Part shown: positions 11,467-24,888 of the stretch, in pieces | How the letters are laid out: each line of letters opens with the position of its first letter | How positions within the stretch are numbered: position 1 is the stretch's first letter | NCBI GenBank assembly: GCA_023920165.1 | Contig: CP089277.1 | Location: forward strand, 868,001 to 932,000 | Source: Curvularia clavata | Lineage: Eukaryota | DNA length: 64,000 nt | Reading direction: 5' to 3' | The notes under the pieces: generated by a model | Told to the model about the DNA's origin: nothing | The model's input: the letters and a program-made list of their open reading frames with translations, nothing else | Database searches by the model: none | Program-made: the position numbers and the translations under genes

Positions 11467-13230
11467 GGTGTGTTTTAATTGCTCGAAGGAACAAAGGGTG
11501 AACGATGTCAATGATTTTGACATCTCAAACGCCCATCGAAGCCTCTTTCATCTATTGCGGGGCTGACGTAATTTACTTTTTTAGAACGCCTCACGGCGGC
11601 ATAACACACGGGCCGGCGGGAGAGGCGCCTGCAGAGTTGTAAAACCCGACCTCATCAACACACTCATCGTGTTCAGTTTCATTTACACATAGATTGCAGT
11701 CCTGCCAAGTGCTGCACATATATGGAGCTGTATTTATTGTTCTTGATGGAGAACGATGGCAATCGGCATGCTATACCTATGAAGTTTGGACGTCTTTAGT
11801 GAACGAACGGTACGCCACCGAAGCGGCGCTGGCATGCAACAGCACTACAGTAGTGTCTACCAGAAAAACAAAACGACGAACACTGGCTGTGCAGCTCCGC
11901 GGTCCAGGAATGGCCCTCAAGTCACTCTAAAGTACGACTAAAACCTAATACGTATTACCGCCGTGCCTGTTCGGGCTGTTCGGGGTCTCATTGACCCAAC
12001 GAGTACATTCTAAGGCACCTTCGCAAGGGTAGTCAGGTCCTGCAGTGTAACCCGGAGCCCACGTGTCATGGGAGAATACTGGGTATTTGCGTCCGCCTAG
12101 GATTTCGATGACCCGAGAGTGCATGGAAAAATTCTTCTCGGGCGCTATTCTCCATCAGCATCACCTTGCACGGGCTCTACGGCGTACGGATCAAGGCTTC
12201 CGTCTCGATCACGATCCACAGCAGTCGGAGTAATTACAATTTTCTTGGACACCAGGACAAACACTAGAGCAGGTGTACCCTCTAGGTTGAAAGGGGGAAT
12301 ATCTCAAATCTTTGGATTTTCCCTGTTTCACGTAACAGTGGTACTCTAGATTCAGGTTCCCGGAGGCATGCAGGTCCATGTGGCTGAGTTCCAGGCCACA
12401 GCCATGCGGCTACACCGTGAACTGCTTTCTACGTAAGACCTAAGGAACGGGCCAGGGCCCATTCTTTCAGCTTCCCCTACACTAGCTAGGGTCTCCGCCC
12501 ACTTGGCTCACCCTGAGACCTTATTTCGATCTGTCGGGCTGACAGCTTGTGTTTCAAGTTTTAGAATGCAGTCTGTATGCACGTTTGTATTGAAGAGACC
12601 CTGTCGAAACAATGCCCGAGCTTTCAGACGTTGTTCACGTCCTATAGTACACGATCAGCTCGTAAATGAGCCACATCGTCATTATTGGATGTTCTCGTGG
12701 ACGGGATATCGTCAAATCGTCAATCATGAGGTCAAGTCGATTTAGGATGTGTTTTTTTAGGCAGTTCATCTGCTCAAACTTTGACTATTTTGGTAGGAGT
12801 CGTTCGAAGGGCTGAGGCCTTGCCACCACAGATCTTGCCCTTGGGCCAGGATCCGACGGGAGGTGTCTAGCCTAGGTCGCCCTTGAGAAACGTGGGTACT
12901 CCTTTGGTCCAGGCTCCGCCATGAACGTCAGAGTAGCCTTCACTGTGGCGCACAAGCCAGCCAATCCCAAAATGTGGGCGAAGCACTCCGTATCGATCGA
13001 CTCCGGGATACTGGCACTTCACGAGCTATGGGCCATTAGTACGGTTTGGTGAATCCAGAACCTAATGGCGCTATGAGGGCATCCGGCTACCCGCCTGAGA
13101 GTGCGAAGTACAAGATCTGGAGTATGGCCCCCGCCCTCACTGGGATTCATCACCATCGCCTTCGCCTGAGTGCAACTAATAGTGAATACTAACAGCCTTT
13201 AATTCATTAATTCACTCGCACCCATTCGCC

Positions 13231-15804
13231 ATGGTGTCTCCTTCAGACTATCCGTCTGGACCCTACCCGACCGCAGACTATGTCACTGGAGCCCGGCGCT
13301 CCAGTGAGATCGTACCCGCCTCACAGGATGTTGCGGTTCCTGCTCACCTCCTCCGTGCCACTGGCAATCTTGGATCCAAGCGAGACAAACAGCACACCGC
13401 ACACACTGGTGGATGGAACCCTCTACCAGAGAATCCTTTCCTCGACTCAGAACAGATAGGAGGTATTCGACGAAACGGTACTCTCAGCTCATCCATCCGA
13501 CGAAATGGTACTCAGCGCTCAGCCGTGCGACAAAACAGCAATCGTGTACACCGTAATGACACTCAACGATCTACCAACATCGACAGGACACCAAGCGAAA
13601 GCGACCATAGAAGAAGTGTTCGCTTCTCTATCAATCAACCTAGCAACACAACTTCACACCGTAACGTAACCGTAGCTCCAGCCAACGACAACGGGCCATT
13701 CTATCACAGACTCTCTTATGTAGCAGGCTCGACTGATGTCCTCGACGTCACACCCCGACAGAGCCGAGCACCAACACCCACCCTTGATGGAAGGAGCAGC
13801 GTAGGCTCAAACTATTCCAATGAAAACCCTTTCGAATCCAAGGCAGACTCAATCAAAAGCGATCCTTTTGCGACAGAGAACAACACGCCACGAGCATCAT
13901 TCGACGCAACACCTCAACAGCCTGAGATTGCTCATCAGAGTTCGCTGAGGCGGAAGAACACTTTGCAATCAGTGGTTGGTGGTCTGCAGAGATCAGTCAC
14001 AAACGCCTCTTACTTCAAAAGGAGCGAGCTGTTCGGAACATACGAGAAGGCCAAGAAGAAGGGTGTCGAGATCCAGCGCAAGAAATGGGTCCAGATCACT
14101 TTCGAGTACAGCCTATACCTCATCATGATCCTCTTCATCTACTTTGTCCTCATCGGTATGCCGCTCTGGAAGGGTGCAGTCTGGTGGATGTACTGGGTTG
14201 TACAAACCAAGTTTGTCCTTCCTGGTGGATTCGGTATCACGCTCGGTATTGCGCTATTGTAAGTTTGACTCTGGGATACGATCTTGGCTTTGCACTAACT
14301 TAGCCTTAGCTACGCCTTCGCTCCTCTTTGCATCCTATTCGAGAAGGACCCTCCACCTGCCGACTTCACTACCGAGACCAAGACCGCGTCTAATGTTGCC
14401 GACACATGTCTTATGATTCCCTGCTACAAGTCCGCAGGTCTCATCGCCAATACTCTTGAAGCTGCTTTGAAGATCTTCCCTCCTTCTCACATCTTCGTCA
14501 TTGCCAATGGCAACAGCCCCACGCCCCTCGATAACACTGAAGAAATCTGCCGCCCATATGGAGTCAACCACATCTGGTCCCCCATCGGTTCCAAGATCGT
14601 CGCCCAGTTCGTCGGCTGCTATGCCGCCAAGAACTTCAAGAACGTCCTGCTCATCGATGACGACTGCGCTCTTCCCGAGAACTTCCCCGTCGTCACTGAC
14701 CGCATGACTGACAAGGTCAAGTGCATCGGCTACACCATCAAGTCCGTCGGCCCCAACGGCTCCAAGGGAAACCTGTGCCAGCAAGCCCAGGATCTCGAGT
14801 ACAAGCTCAGCGGTATTCAACGTGAGTTTGCCGGCAAGATCGGCTCTGCCACGTTCCCCCACGGCGCCATCTCCCTCTGGGACCGCGAACTCCTGATCAA
14901 GACCTTCCACGAGCACCCTGGTTTCAGTGTCTCTGAGGACTGGTTCTTCGGCCACGTCGCACGCCAACTCGGATCCCGCATCAAGATGTGCTCTCAGGTC
15001 TTCGTCGAGACCGAAACCCCCACTGCTGTCTTCTTCGCTGGCGGCGGCTCGCGTGGTGGCTTCGGTGAAATGACCATCTTCTCTCAACGATTCAAGCGCT
15101 GGAACTTCTTCTTCGTCAATGGCATGTACTACAACATGGCCTACATCCTCTGCGACTGGAAGCTCGGCTGGTGGGAAATCGGCGCAAAGATCTTTGTCTT
15201 CCAAGAGGTCTACGAAACGCTGCTTTACCTTCTCACTCCCTTTATCCTTCCCATTTCCTTCATCGTCCGCCCTGACTTCTGTGGTTACCTTCTCGCTGCC
15301 ACCGTGGTCATGTACCTGATCAACGTCATCATCTTCAACGAAGTGCATCTCCGCCGCAAGAACGAGCGCGTCGGCTGGGTCCTGCTCTACGGCTACTACC
15401 TTCCCTACAAGATCGTCCTGACCTTCGTCAACGTCGCCAGCTGCTACTGGTCACTGTACAAGTACGCCCGCTACTTCGCCAAGCGCCACCCTAAGGTCAT
15501 CGAGGACGAGAAGGCTGTTGAAGTCGTCATTCGTCTCGAAGAGGACCAACACTCGAATGAGTGTGGTCTTGGCAGGCGCCTGACTGTGCGCACAGTTGGT
15601 GGCCGCCCCAGCGTTGACGAGGATGATGTGGATACGAGCGCTGCTGCGCATGAAGTCCTCACTCCACCAGAGCCTATCTGCAGCCCTGGTCTGAGGCAGG
15701 ATTCAAGGCCTAGCAGCAGTGCGCTCAGACAAGAGGGTGTCGCTGCGAAGGACTATTTTAACCGCGCGCAGACTAACACTGCGGTACCACCTGAATGGGT
15801 CTAA
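13231..15804 (+). CDS. Processive family-2 glycosyltransferase (polysaccharide synthase-like membrane protein), about 840 aa; intron 14259-14309
   Basis: Intron GTAAGT..CTAAC..TAG joins ORFs 13231 and 14413 in frame. Motifs IPCYK, LIDDD, SED and QRFKRW (D,D,D,QxxRW-like); transmembrane segments flank the catalytic domain; long low-complexity N-terminus. Confidence 0.88.
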
Positions 15805-16158
15805 CTTCGTACCCGTATCCTTCATTTCATCCTTCTCCTTCTTTACTTTCACTTCTTTGATTCTTCTTTCCTTTTATACTCTTCTACACATATACTTCTT
15901 CCCATACTCTACTGCTTCAACCTTCATTGTATACTTATCTTAACCATTTTCCTTTCTTCTTTCATCATACTTTAGCTGTTCGGCCCCCTTTTTTGTTTCC
16001 TTTGTTGAAATCACATAGACTAGGGTTCTTGTGGCCGATAAAAAACTGCTTGACGGATATGTCGCTGATATACCTATTTCCTTAACTGTATAATCAGTAT
16101 CACGATTGCAATGTTGGATTGGATACATATTTTGGTTACTCAATCGAATACATACTTC

Positions 16159-17279
16159 TTATGCCTCGTTTGTCGCACTTTGTGAATGCTCCTGTGCTCT
16201 TTCTTTTCCACCTCTTCCACCACCACGACCTCCTCTGCCGCCACCGCCTCGCCCACCCCTTGCACCCCTCTTGCCCTTCTGAACATCTCCAACATCCTTC
16301 TCCCACCCCTCAATATCAACGGTCACGCCCTCGGGCAACTTCCCATCGCTCATCAGCACCTCGCCATCCTTCTTCCTGCTCTCCACTCGCTTGAAGAACT
16401 CATACGGCAAGCACCCCTGCTCATTCCCCTCCGTCAAAATGACACCATTCTCCGAGAGAAAGAACTTGATCCCCGCTGCAAGCGCAGCGTTGATATCAAT
16501 GTACACCAACACTGATGAACTCTTTCGCATTCCAGAAATAACCGGTGCGGCTTCCTTCTCCTCCGTAGACTCAGACGCAGACTGCAGAGGCTTGAAACCA
16601 GCAGGTAGTCCAGAGGCAAAGTGAATGTGGTTTCTTCCCATGCGGCGCAGACCGCCACTCTTGAGAATCAGGTTCCAGGATCGCTCGTCGGTGCCGTGAA
16701 CGACGACGTCGGGGACGTTGGCTGATTCGGCGGTGATGGGGACGAGAAGACCTTCGTTGTCGAGTTTGATGGAGTGACCTTGGTTTGCGCGGATAAGGTA
16801 GTCGGCTGGGTCGTCTGATTCGGATATACTTTGCAATGCCTCGGATGCAGGCTGGTCGGGGGCATCAGACGATTCATTTTCGAGTGATGATGCCGGAATC
16901 ATGGAAAAGCGCTGTTTGTCGTTGTTTGCAACTATGTCGCGGAGTTCTGGGAAGGTGACTTTTAGACTGTGGAGAGCCTTGGTGTTGAGCTAGGCATTGT
17001 TAGTTTGTTGTTTTATCGCAACCAACCGAGCTGGTGTACTACGATTTAGAATTTCAAAGAATGTTTAAAAATTTGCCTCTTGATGAATTTTTGAGGGTCA
17101 ACGTGATGTGAGACCAAACTTACCGCATCCCGAACATTGACATACCCACCCTTTCCTAGCTTGAGTCCCTCCTGACCGGCCCCATGCCTCAGCAACCAAC
17201 TGACTTTTCTCGAGACCTGAACTTCTCTTGGCTGGTTCGCTGGATTGCGACTACCGCCGCCGCGACCACCTCTGGCCAT
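16159..17279 (-). CDS. TPT1: tRNA 2'-phosphotransferase (KptA/Tpt1 family); intron 16990-17123
   Basis: Motifs SRKVSWLLRH, DKQRF, IRANQGHS, HGT, GLRRMGRNHIH and SENGVILT; RGG-rich N- and C-termini. Confidence 0.93.
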
Positions 17280-18194
17280 ATTTTTGATAGTGGTGAATAC
17301 GCGGAGAATAATTGTGGAGAAAATTATTTGCTAGGAGAAGCACTGATGGTATATTTACAGAAGGTGTGATTGCACTCTGAGTCGAAATGAGTAACGTATG
17401 ATGAGTCAGGCACGACGGTTTGAGAAGGGCGGAGTGTAGTAATAGTAGTAGGGCTGAAAGGTTAGCGCGAGATTTGTGCGCCGTGACCCCGCAGTCATTG
17501 GTTGTGTTTGTGTTTGCAGAGACCACTTTGGATGCGTCACTTGTACCTCACTTCCAAAACTGGTATCATCTGCCTCGACGACAGACACAGCTAAAATCTT
17601 ACTTTTGCCCGTACTGTGACGGTACATGTGCAAGTGTACTTCGTCTGAGCAGTAGTCTCTACAAACACAATCTCCTTGATTACATGTTATCATTTCGTTC
17701 TGCTTACGGAAATGCGCTTGGTTATGTCCTATCTAATTCACCACAATACCGTGCATTGAATGTTGTGTTGTACGTGTTGGGAGGAGTTTTGCTTCTTCGC
17801 AGCTGACATGGATCTCTCTTAACGATGGAATCAGCCCACATTGTGCAGTTTGGACGCAAGTGTATTAGCTTCTATAGCATACTAGTCATTTCTCTTTCAT
17901 TGCTTCCTCTCGCCTCACACTGTAAGTTACTTGTCTCAACAAGCCCTTGCAAGGTACGAACATATCCGACTCAAGCATGATTTCTCGAAGCAAGTCTCTA
18001 GTCTTCGATGCATCGTTAGACAGTGGTATTGATAGGTAAAGTAATATCATGCCATCCCCTTATGCAACGCCCACTAAAGATAAGGAGAGAGAGAACGAAA
18101 AATTGTCATAAATCCGCGATGAACACTCAAGCAATCTAGATCTCCAGTGTCTTCGCCCATTAACATGGAATTCAAGCTCAACGCCAAAATCATA

Positions 18195-19051
18195 TCAGCA
18201 TGCACAACCCTCTTTGGCGCCCTGGGGCTGTGCACTGCCCAGGTTTACCCGGTCAGCGTCTTGCCTGGCCAGGTTTGTCTGGCCGCCTACATGGCGCGGG
18301 CCCTTTAGGCTTGCCTCTGGAATCGCGTTTGCGATAGCAGTGAAAACCTCGGCAACATTGTGTCCGGTCTTTGCACTCGTTTCGAAGAACAGTAAACTCT
18401 CCTCGTCGGCATATGCCTTTGCAGTCTTGCTAGGTACTCTCCTCGAGTCTTGGTCGTCTTGTGCCTGCTCCTCCTCTCCCTCAGCTACAGGAGCAGCGTC
18501 TCCATCTTCTGGGCTCTCTTCGTCGCCGGCGGTAGCGAGATCGAATTTGTTTCCTACAAGCGCAATGACGATACCGGGCGAGGCTTGGCGGTGCAGCTCA
18601 GCGACCCAGTGCTGTGCTTTTGTGAGTGATGAGGGCTTGGTGATATCGTAGACAACGAGGGCGGCTTGGGCGTTGCGGTAGTACATGGGGGCGAGTGAGG
18701 CGAAACGTTCCTGGCCTGCGGTATCCCAGATCTCAAACTTGATGGTGCGGCTTGGTAGATTGCATTTCTGGGTGAGGAAGGCAGCTTTTGCGCATCATGT
18801 TAGCCCAAGATGTTTGCTTGAGAGTTGGACATGACGGATGGAGTGGCTGTGTACCTACCTCCGATGGTTGGTTCCTTGTTCTCTTGAAAGTCATTGTTGA
18901 CGAAGCGCATGACGAGGGAAGACTGGAATTGGTATCAGTACGTGTCCGAAATGGCCGTACTAGTATTGCGCACCTTTCCAACAGCTGCCTCTCCCAGCAG
19001 CACGAGCTTGACGCTGCTGCTTGGCTTGGGTTGCGCGGATGTGTCCGCCAT
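18195..19051 (-). CDS. VPS21: Rab5-family GTPase (Vps21/Ypt51-like), 3 exons
   Basis: [66 protein letters not shown] and C-terminal CAC prenylation motif. Confidence 0.92.
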
Positions 19052-22000
19052 TGTGGATGGGGTAGAGGTTTGCGAATTAGGGCTTTCGGAGTACACAGAA
19101 GCTTAGGGGGTTATGTCGAGATGTTCCGCAACGTTCCAATATCGTGCGCGATGTCGATGTGCTGTTAGGTTAAGGCTGCAGCGTTACCGGCAGGTGGGTT
19201 AGAGGTCGCCGAGCGCAATGACGAACGTCGAGCCACGTGAGCTGCTGACTAAGATCGTCGTTGGTGCTTTTGTGTAGGTACATGATGTCTTACTAATCAT
19301 ACCAACCATAATTCAAGGTCTCTACAATGTTTACGGATATAAACATTCAAATATCGCAGTCTGTCATACAGTTCAATGTGCTCATTATGGGCATCAGGGG
19401 TCGAGTGCCTTGTGGCATAGGAGGCCTAGCTTGCGTCCCAGTCTTGTCAGGAGTTATCGTACAAGTGATCTGGTTTTGTGCTCTGGTCACAAAGCATCGG
19501 CTGCTCGTTCGTGCACTGCAATCATGGCTTGTGAGGCCCTGGTTGTAAAATTGACAACTCAGTCATACGATGTTTGATGACCAGCCACGCAACTAGATTC
19601 ACTGTACGAAGCTCCAGCCTCTGCCTGAACCATTCGAGTGGCCACTATACACACACTTGACGAACGTAGCCGAGGACGACTCGCGCATTGTTTTTTGCAT
19701 AGAAACGTTTGATCAAGAGTTGTTTCAAACACCACAGGGCCCGACCCGTACTGCCAACCCAAAATCCTTTAATTTTTCTTTTACATGTCACGAGCAAGGT
19801 GCACCGGCTAGCACTGCGAGACTGCTCAACAATTTCACTGTCTTATACCGCCATCGACCGATATTTTTGCGGTCAGATTTACTTGTGCCCAAGGACAGAC
19901 CGCAACTCTGTCCGACCTAGGAGGAGGCGTAGGCGACAACGCATACCGATCTTCAAACATGTCACAGCCAACACTGTAAGTGGGTCTTTGCCCAAGTGTG
20001 CACCCGTTCCTCAACGGCAGTTTCGAAGGCCCGATTCTAGGAGACGTCAAACTGGGTTGTTGGTGGTTTTGAGTATTGCACCAAGGAGACTACCAGCGTG
20101 CGTTACGTTATGGTCCGTCGCTTAGTCACGGACGACGGGCTTTTTCTGGCTTTGCAGCGGGCCGAAGCTGGCCATGTCATTGTGAAATCCATTGTCGCGG
20201 CATGTACATGGGTGTATTGCTGGCCGATTGAAATAATTTTTGTACAGGCATCTGAATCTGACGTCACATCGATGACATGAAACCTGCTGGGTTTGGATGA
20301 AATTGGCACTGGTGGTGGGAGTGGAGCCCTGACTCAGCCACGACACACACGTTCCGTCCGGATTGAGGCGGACGTGTTGCCCGTAGGAGTCCCCGGTCCG
20401 CCCACAATACTGGAATATTTGTGAGAAAACGAAAAAGATGGTGGGCGATGAGGGCGATGCGCTTGCGATGGTTACCTCGCTACAGGCATGCAAAGCGCCA
20501 ATGTGGCGTCTTCGACCCCTCAGCCAAACGAGCAGGCGGCCTTGTGCCAATGGAGGCGCGGCGACGCCACTGGGGACCTGAAGCGGCAGGCGCAATGGAA
20601 TCCTCTTTCTGCGTCTGCACACATATGTGCATGTCTGCATGGAATGAAGACACGACACCGGACGGGCTTGTGAGACTAGGATGGCGAGCTCGAGAGCGTT
20701 GTCCACCCCACAGCACTGATGGGAACCGGCTCCTCAACCAAGAGCCGCGATTGGACGCGAGCGCAACACGCCCACACCGACAAGGAAGCAGCCACGGGTA
20801 TGATCAGGGCACCGTTGTGACCGGAGCGAGCAAGCGTGGGCCATAGCGGCGGAGTGCGAGGGGTGGTGAATGTAGAGTATGTAATACTGTATGTAGAGTA
20901 CCGTATACATGCAGTGTATGTAAGGAAGTAGAGTAGGTACATGGGTGGGCGATTTCAGGCTGACCATGGACGACGATCGGGCCTCAGGCTGGACAGAGAA
21001 ACAGCAGGGCAAGCGGTCCAGACAGCGAGGACACACAAGCGGCCGTCATGTGGCGCTGATTGTGTGGTTGCAGGCGGCATGGGCATGGCCCAACAGTGCG
21101 CGACTCCACCGTAGCGAATGGCAGGACGGGGCCGTGGGTTGCGCGATAATACCCAGCACAGACGCCAGGCGTGCGACCGATCGTGATGATGCCAAGCGGC
21201 AGTGTGGCAGCCCTCGGAGCGGTGGTGAGTGGGCGCGGTGGAGGGTGGAGTCTGGCTCGCTGGCGTGCAAGTTATAGACAAACACCTGTTGGCAGTGAAG
21301 GACAGAAAGCAGCAGCGATCGGCTGGCGGGCGGCTTAGTCAGGCGTCTCGTCTCCTCCAGACCAGAGGCGACGTGCGTGCGACGACACGCCAGGCGGTCC
21401 AAAGACAAGCGCTCGGTTCCCCGTGTCCTTGATCCGCCCGAACCGGACTGGCCCAAGCGGCCATGGCAAAGCAGCTGGAGATCGGCATTCCCCAATCCGG
21501 GCCTAGCTATCTTGACGTGAATCCATGCTCGAATCACAGAGGCGGGGATGCACTCTAGAAGACGCACTAGCCGTGGTCCCCTTGGATAACCCGCCCTGCG
21601 CCAGGAACCACGCACAAAAAGTTTTGGACAATTTGGCTGCGCCAGCGCCCCCTGAGCGCGAGGGCTGGCGACAGAGCAGTGCAGTGCTGGCCGGGTCCCA
21701 AGCAGAGGGCCGCTCTAGGACGCGTGTGTGGCCGCTGAAACACGCAGCCAGTCGAGTGCGCGCGGGGAAATGCCGCACCCAGATCTCCCCAGGGCCTTTG
21801 CAGCCTTCCCATCGAATGCACAAGGGAAAAGGGAAAGGGGCCAGCCACTGCACTGCACTGCATGCGCGGGAACTCGACGAGGGCGGCCATGCCGGGGGTC
21901 GACTTACGGGCCTTAGTTATTACTTATCAGTCACGTTGCTCGGCCTGTGGGATGGCGAGCGTCCGGCTGACCCCAGATGCCGCGTGCCATGTTTGCGACC

Positions 22001-22511
22001 AAATAATAAAAAAGTTGCTACGTCTGTTAATTACTACACTGACAGTCTGACATCCCTCCCTCTCTCTCTCTCCATCCCCCCTTCTCTCCCTTTCCGCACA
22101 CCCCCTGCCCGCGCTGCAATCGCCCTCTGCATTGGCATTCGCGGCATCCGGTCCCTTTTACCAGGCTGCGCAATCGAGACCTTAGATCCGACACAGGAAC
22201 TCCATATCAGAAGCTCGGGCGTCACCCCACCTGTCGAATAGCATCCCGAGACCTGTCCACACGCCGTATTTTGAGCAACCGCCTCGTCCTGTTAGTAGAC
22301 GCCTCCCGCACACTCTCACTCTTAAATATTCCCACGCCCGGCTCCCTGCGCTGCCCTGCATTGTCTCGTTCGTCGCCGTTTCAGCCGCATCTCCCTTTCT
22401 AGCCCCGACTCATCGGAGGCTGTGCAACCGCTATTCGGCGTGTGCTGACCAAGCCCCAAGAACAAAGCAACCACTTTGTTGGCAACTTTTTTTTTGGGTG
22501 GGATCCCAAAC

Positions 22512-24088
22512 ATGACTGTACACAAGGTACCTATCCTGCCTCCTGCCGCAATCGCTGCACCCCCATAAGAGTTGCACTGACTCGACGTCCCCCTTTCCAG
22601 GAACCCATCAACGTCCGCCCTGCCAGCCAACAACGGCACTCGACCAGCACCATGGCTGGCTCGCTCCCCAAGAACCGCACCCACTCGCACTCGATATCCG
22701 CTGCCAACCTCAACCCAGCGCATCGCGTTACACGCAGGAAAAGCATGAGCCAGACGCCCGTCACCAACATCGCGGCCATTGCTGCCGCAGCCAAGGGCAT
22801 GTCCGGGGCTCCGCTGGAGGGTGGTAGCAGCAGCGGCAGTGGCAGTGGACCGCGCCGCTCGTCGAAGCCGGCCTCGCAGTTCAGGGGCCCCAGCATGGCC
22901 TTGGGTGCGAACATGGCCTCGAGTATGCCGGGCAATGGTGCGCACTTTGGCGCCAGCAGTTACGGTGGTGTTGGTGGTAGTGCTGCCGCCAAGAGTGAAG
23001 CGCTCACGGATGGGCCCACGCTCGCAACCATGCTGGAGCAGGACAAGGCAAACGCAAAATCGCGGAACCGTCGCGCGAGCGAGGGCTCTCGTCTGTCCAA
23101 GGGTGACGGCAAGCGAAGTGGTAGCGAACTGAGATGTGAAAAATGTGGGAAAGGCTACAAGCACAGCAGCTGTCTGACCAAGCACCTGTTAGTAACCCTT
23201 AGCCTCCCACGGCCCTCCCACATACTTTCATGCCTCATGACGAATGCCCTTTCCTTCACTCGCATGCAAACATGAACACGCCGTGGTTTTTTCCTTTCTT
23301 TACGTTCTGCGTTGACTTTTCTATCTAGATGGGAGCACACGCCAGAATGGCAGTACACGTCTAAGCTGCTCATCTCCAAGCACCAGCAGGTGCAGCTACT
23401 CGAGGCCGCCTCGGTCCTCGTTGCCATGAACAAGGAGAGCGACGGCGAGCACAGCGACCGCTCCTCTCCTCCCGCTTCCGGCTCGTCTGACCTGCGTGAG
23501 GAGTTGAGCTCCACTGAAACTACCCCGCCCCCGCAGCTCGACGACCATGCCGTAGGCTCTTATCCTCACTCCCACTTTGGCACCCGCTCCATCAAGCGCT
23601 ACTCAACCAATAGCTCAGCCTACAGCCAATCCTACCAGTCGACCGTCTTCTCCGAAAACGGCAATGCGCACGGCCATTTCCGCCAGTGGAGTAATGTCTC
23701 GGACCGCCCCACCACCTCTGGCACCTCGGTTGCCGGTTCATATCACGACGAGACTACTAACGACCATGCCGACCTGGCTGCTGCCGTCGGCTTGCTAAGC
23801 TGCTCCTACGGCACCCCGAAGACGGGGCCTGTTGCTCTACCCCCAGACGCACCGCCCGTGCCCCCGCTACCTGCCAAGTACTTTGACCTGAATGCCCGCA
23901 CCCTGTCTGGTAGCACTACTGTCACGGCCCAGCAGTCGAGTATACGCAACAGCTACCGCGAAGACAAAGACGTCGACATGGACTACGACCACTTTGCCGA
24001 CGAAGAGGACCATCGTTACTCCAACGCGCGCAGTCGCAGCCGCATTGATGAGGACGACGACGAAATCTTCGGAAGAATGGAGGAGTAG
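22512..24088 (+). CDS. Single C2H2 zinc-finger protein (putative transcription factor); likely exons 22512-22526, 22601-23187, 23329-24088; alternative start 22652
   Basis: CEKCGKGYKHSSCLTKHL|WEH finger is completed across intron 23188-23328 and followed by the block TSKLLISKHQQVQLLEAA. The 5-codon first exon is less certain. Confidence 0.82.
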
Positions 24089-24776
24089 TCCAACATGTCG
24101 CTCCACCACGCCCCGACCTCATTTACCCGATACTCCCGTCCGTGCGTTCCACTACTATTTCCCCCTTCTGTACCACAAACGAAATATTTGGTTATTTAGC
24201 GATCTATCTCCGCATAGTAAACAGACCCAGCCTGCACACCGATGAGAGGGCCCTCAACCGGAAGAACCCCCAAACACCCATGACAAGTGGTTGTCGATGC
24301 CCTTGAGGTTGAAGTACAGGCTTTGAATAATCCCCATCTGGCGTCTTTTATCGTCTGCGTCGAGAGCCTAGCAAACATCTTAACATATCTATTACCCATA
24401 TTAGCGGGAGTACATTCCTCCTTTTTTTTTCGGATTCGCAACTTTTTTTGTCGTTTTATTCTTTTGCTCTTCGGCCTACCTTCAAACAACAAACATATAA
24501 AACCTGGCACAACTTTCTTGTTATGGATTGGGGAGAGAGTGGAGGCGGAGGTTGGAGGTACACTGCATAGGGTGGCCTCTTTGTATATTTGGATAGTGTG
24601 GAAGGCAAGGGAAGAGATGTGTATGGTGTAAATAGGAAAGCACCATGTGCGTAGCCAAGGCGTGTGTAAAGTGGAAGCAGGAATGAATGCACGATATGTT
24701 GAGAAGAAGTCAAGATACCCTTGAAACGTATACGTGACTGTTAAAAATGGATGAAATGAATGGGGATTGTTGGACC

Positions 24777-24888
24777 GGACTGAGACTGGAGACTAGGACT
24801 GGAGATTGTGAGACTGAGAGAAAGAAATCAAGCGACAGAGAAGAGACGGGGGGAGGAAGACACCGAGTGACAGAGACAGAGACAGAGT
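24777..24888. repeat. Degenerate purine-rich short repeats (GAGACT / GACAGA units)
   Basis: ggactgagactggagactaggactggagattgtgagactgag and gacagagacagagacagag read directly. Confidence 0.6.

Noticed and set aside
14335..15348. 337-aa minus-strand ORF opposite the GT2 gene
   Set aside because: Explained by the strong C-ending codon bias of the sense gene; no recognisable motifs.
17398..17457. ATGATGA..CTGA pair resembling a C/D box snoRNA
   Set aside because: Short, no terminal stem or recognisable rRNA guide, and it lies in the TPT1 promoter region.
20100..22320. Many overlapping 60-240 aa ORFs upstream of the C2H2 gene
   Set aside because: GC-rich regulatory DNA giving Arg/Ala/Pro-rich spurious frames on both strands with no domain signatures.
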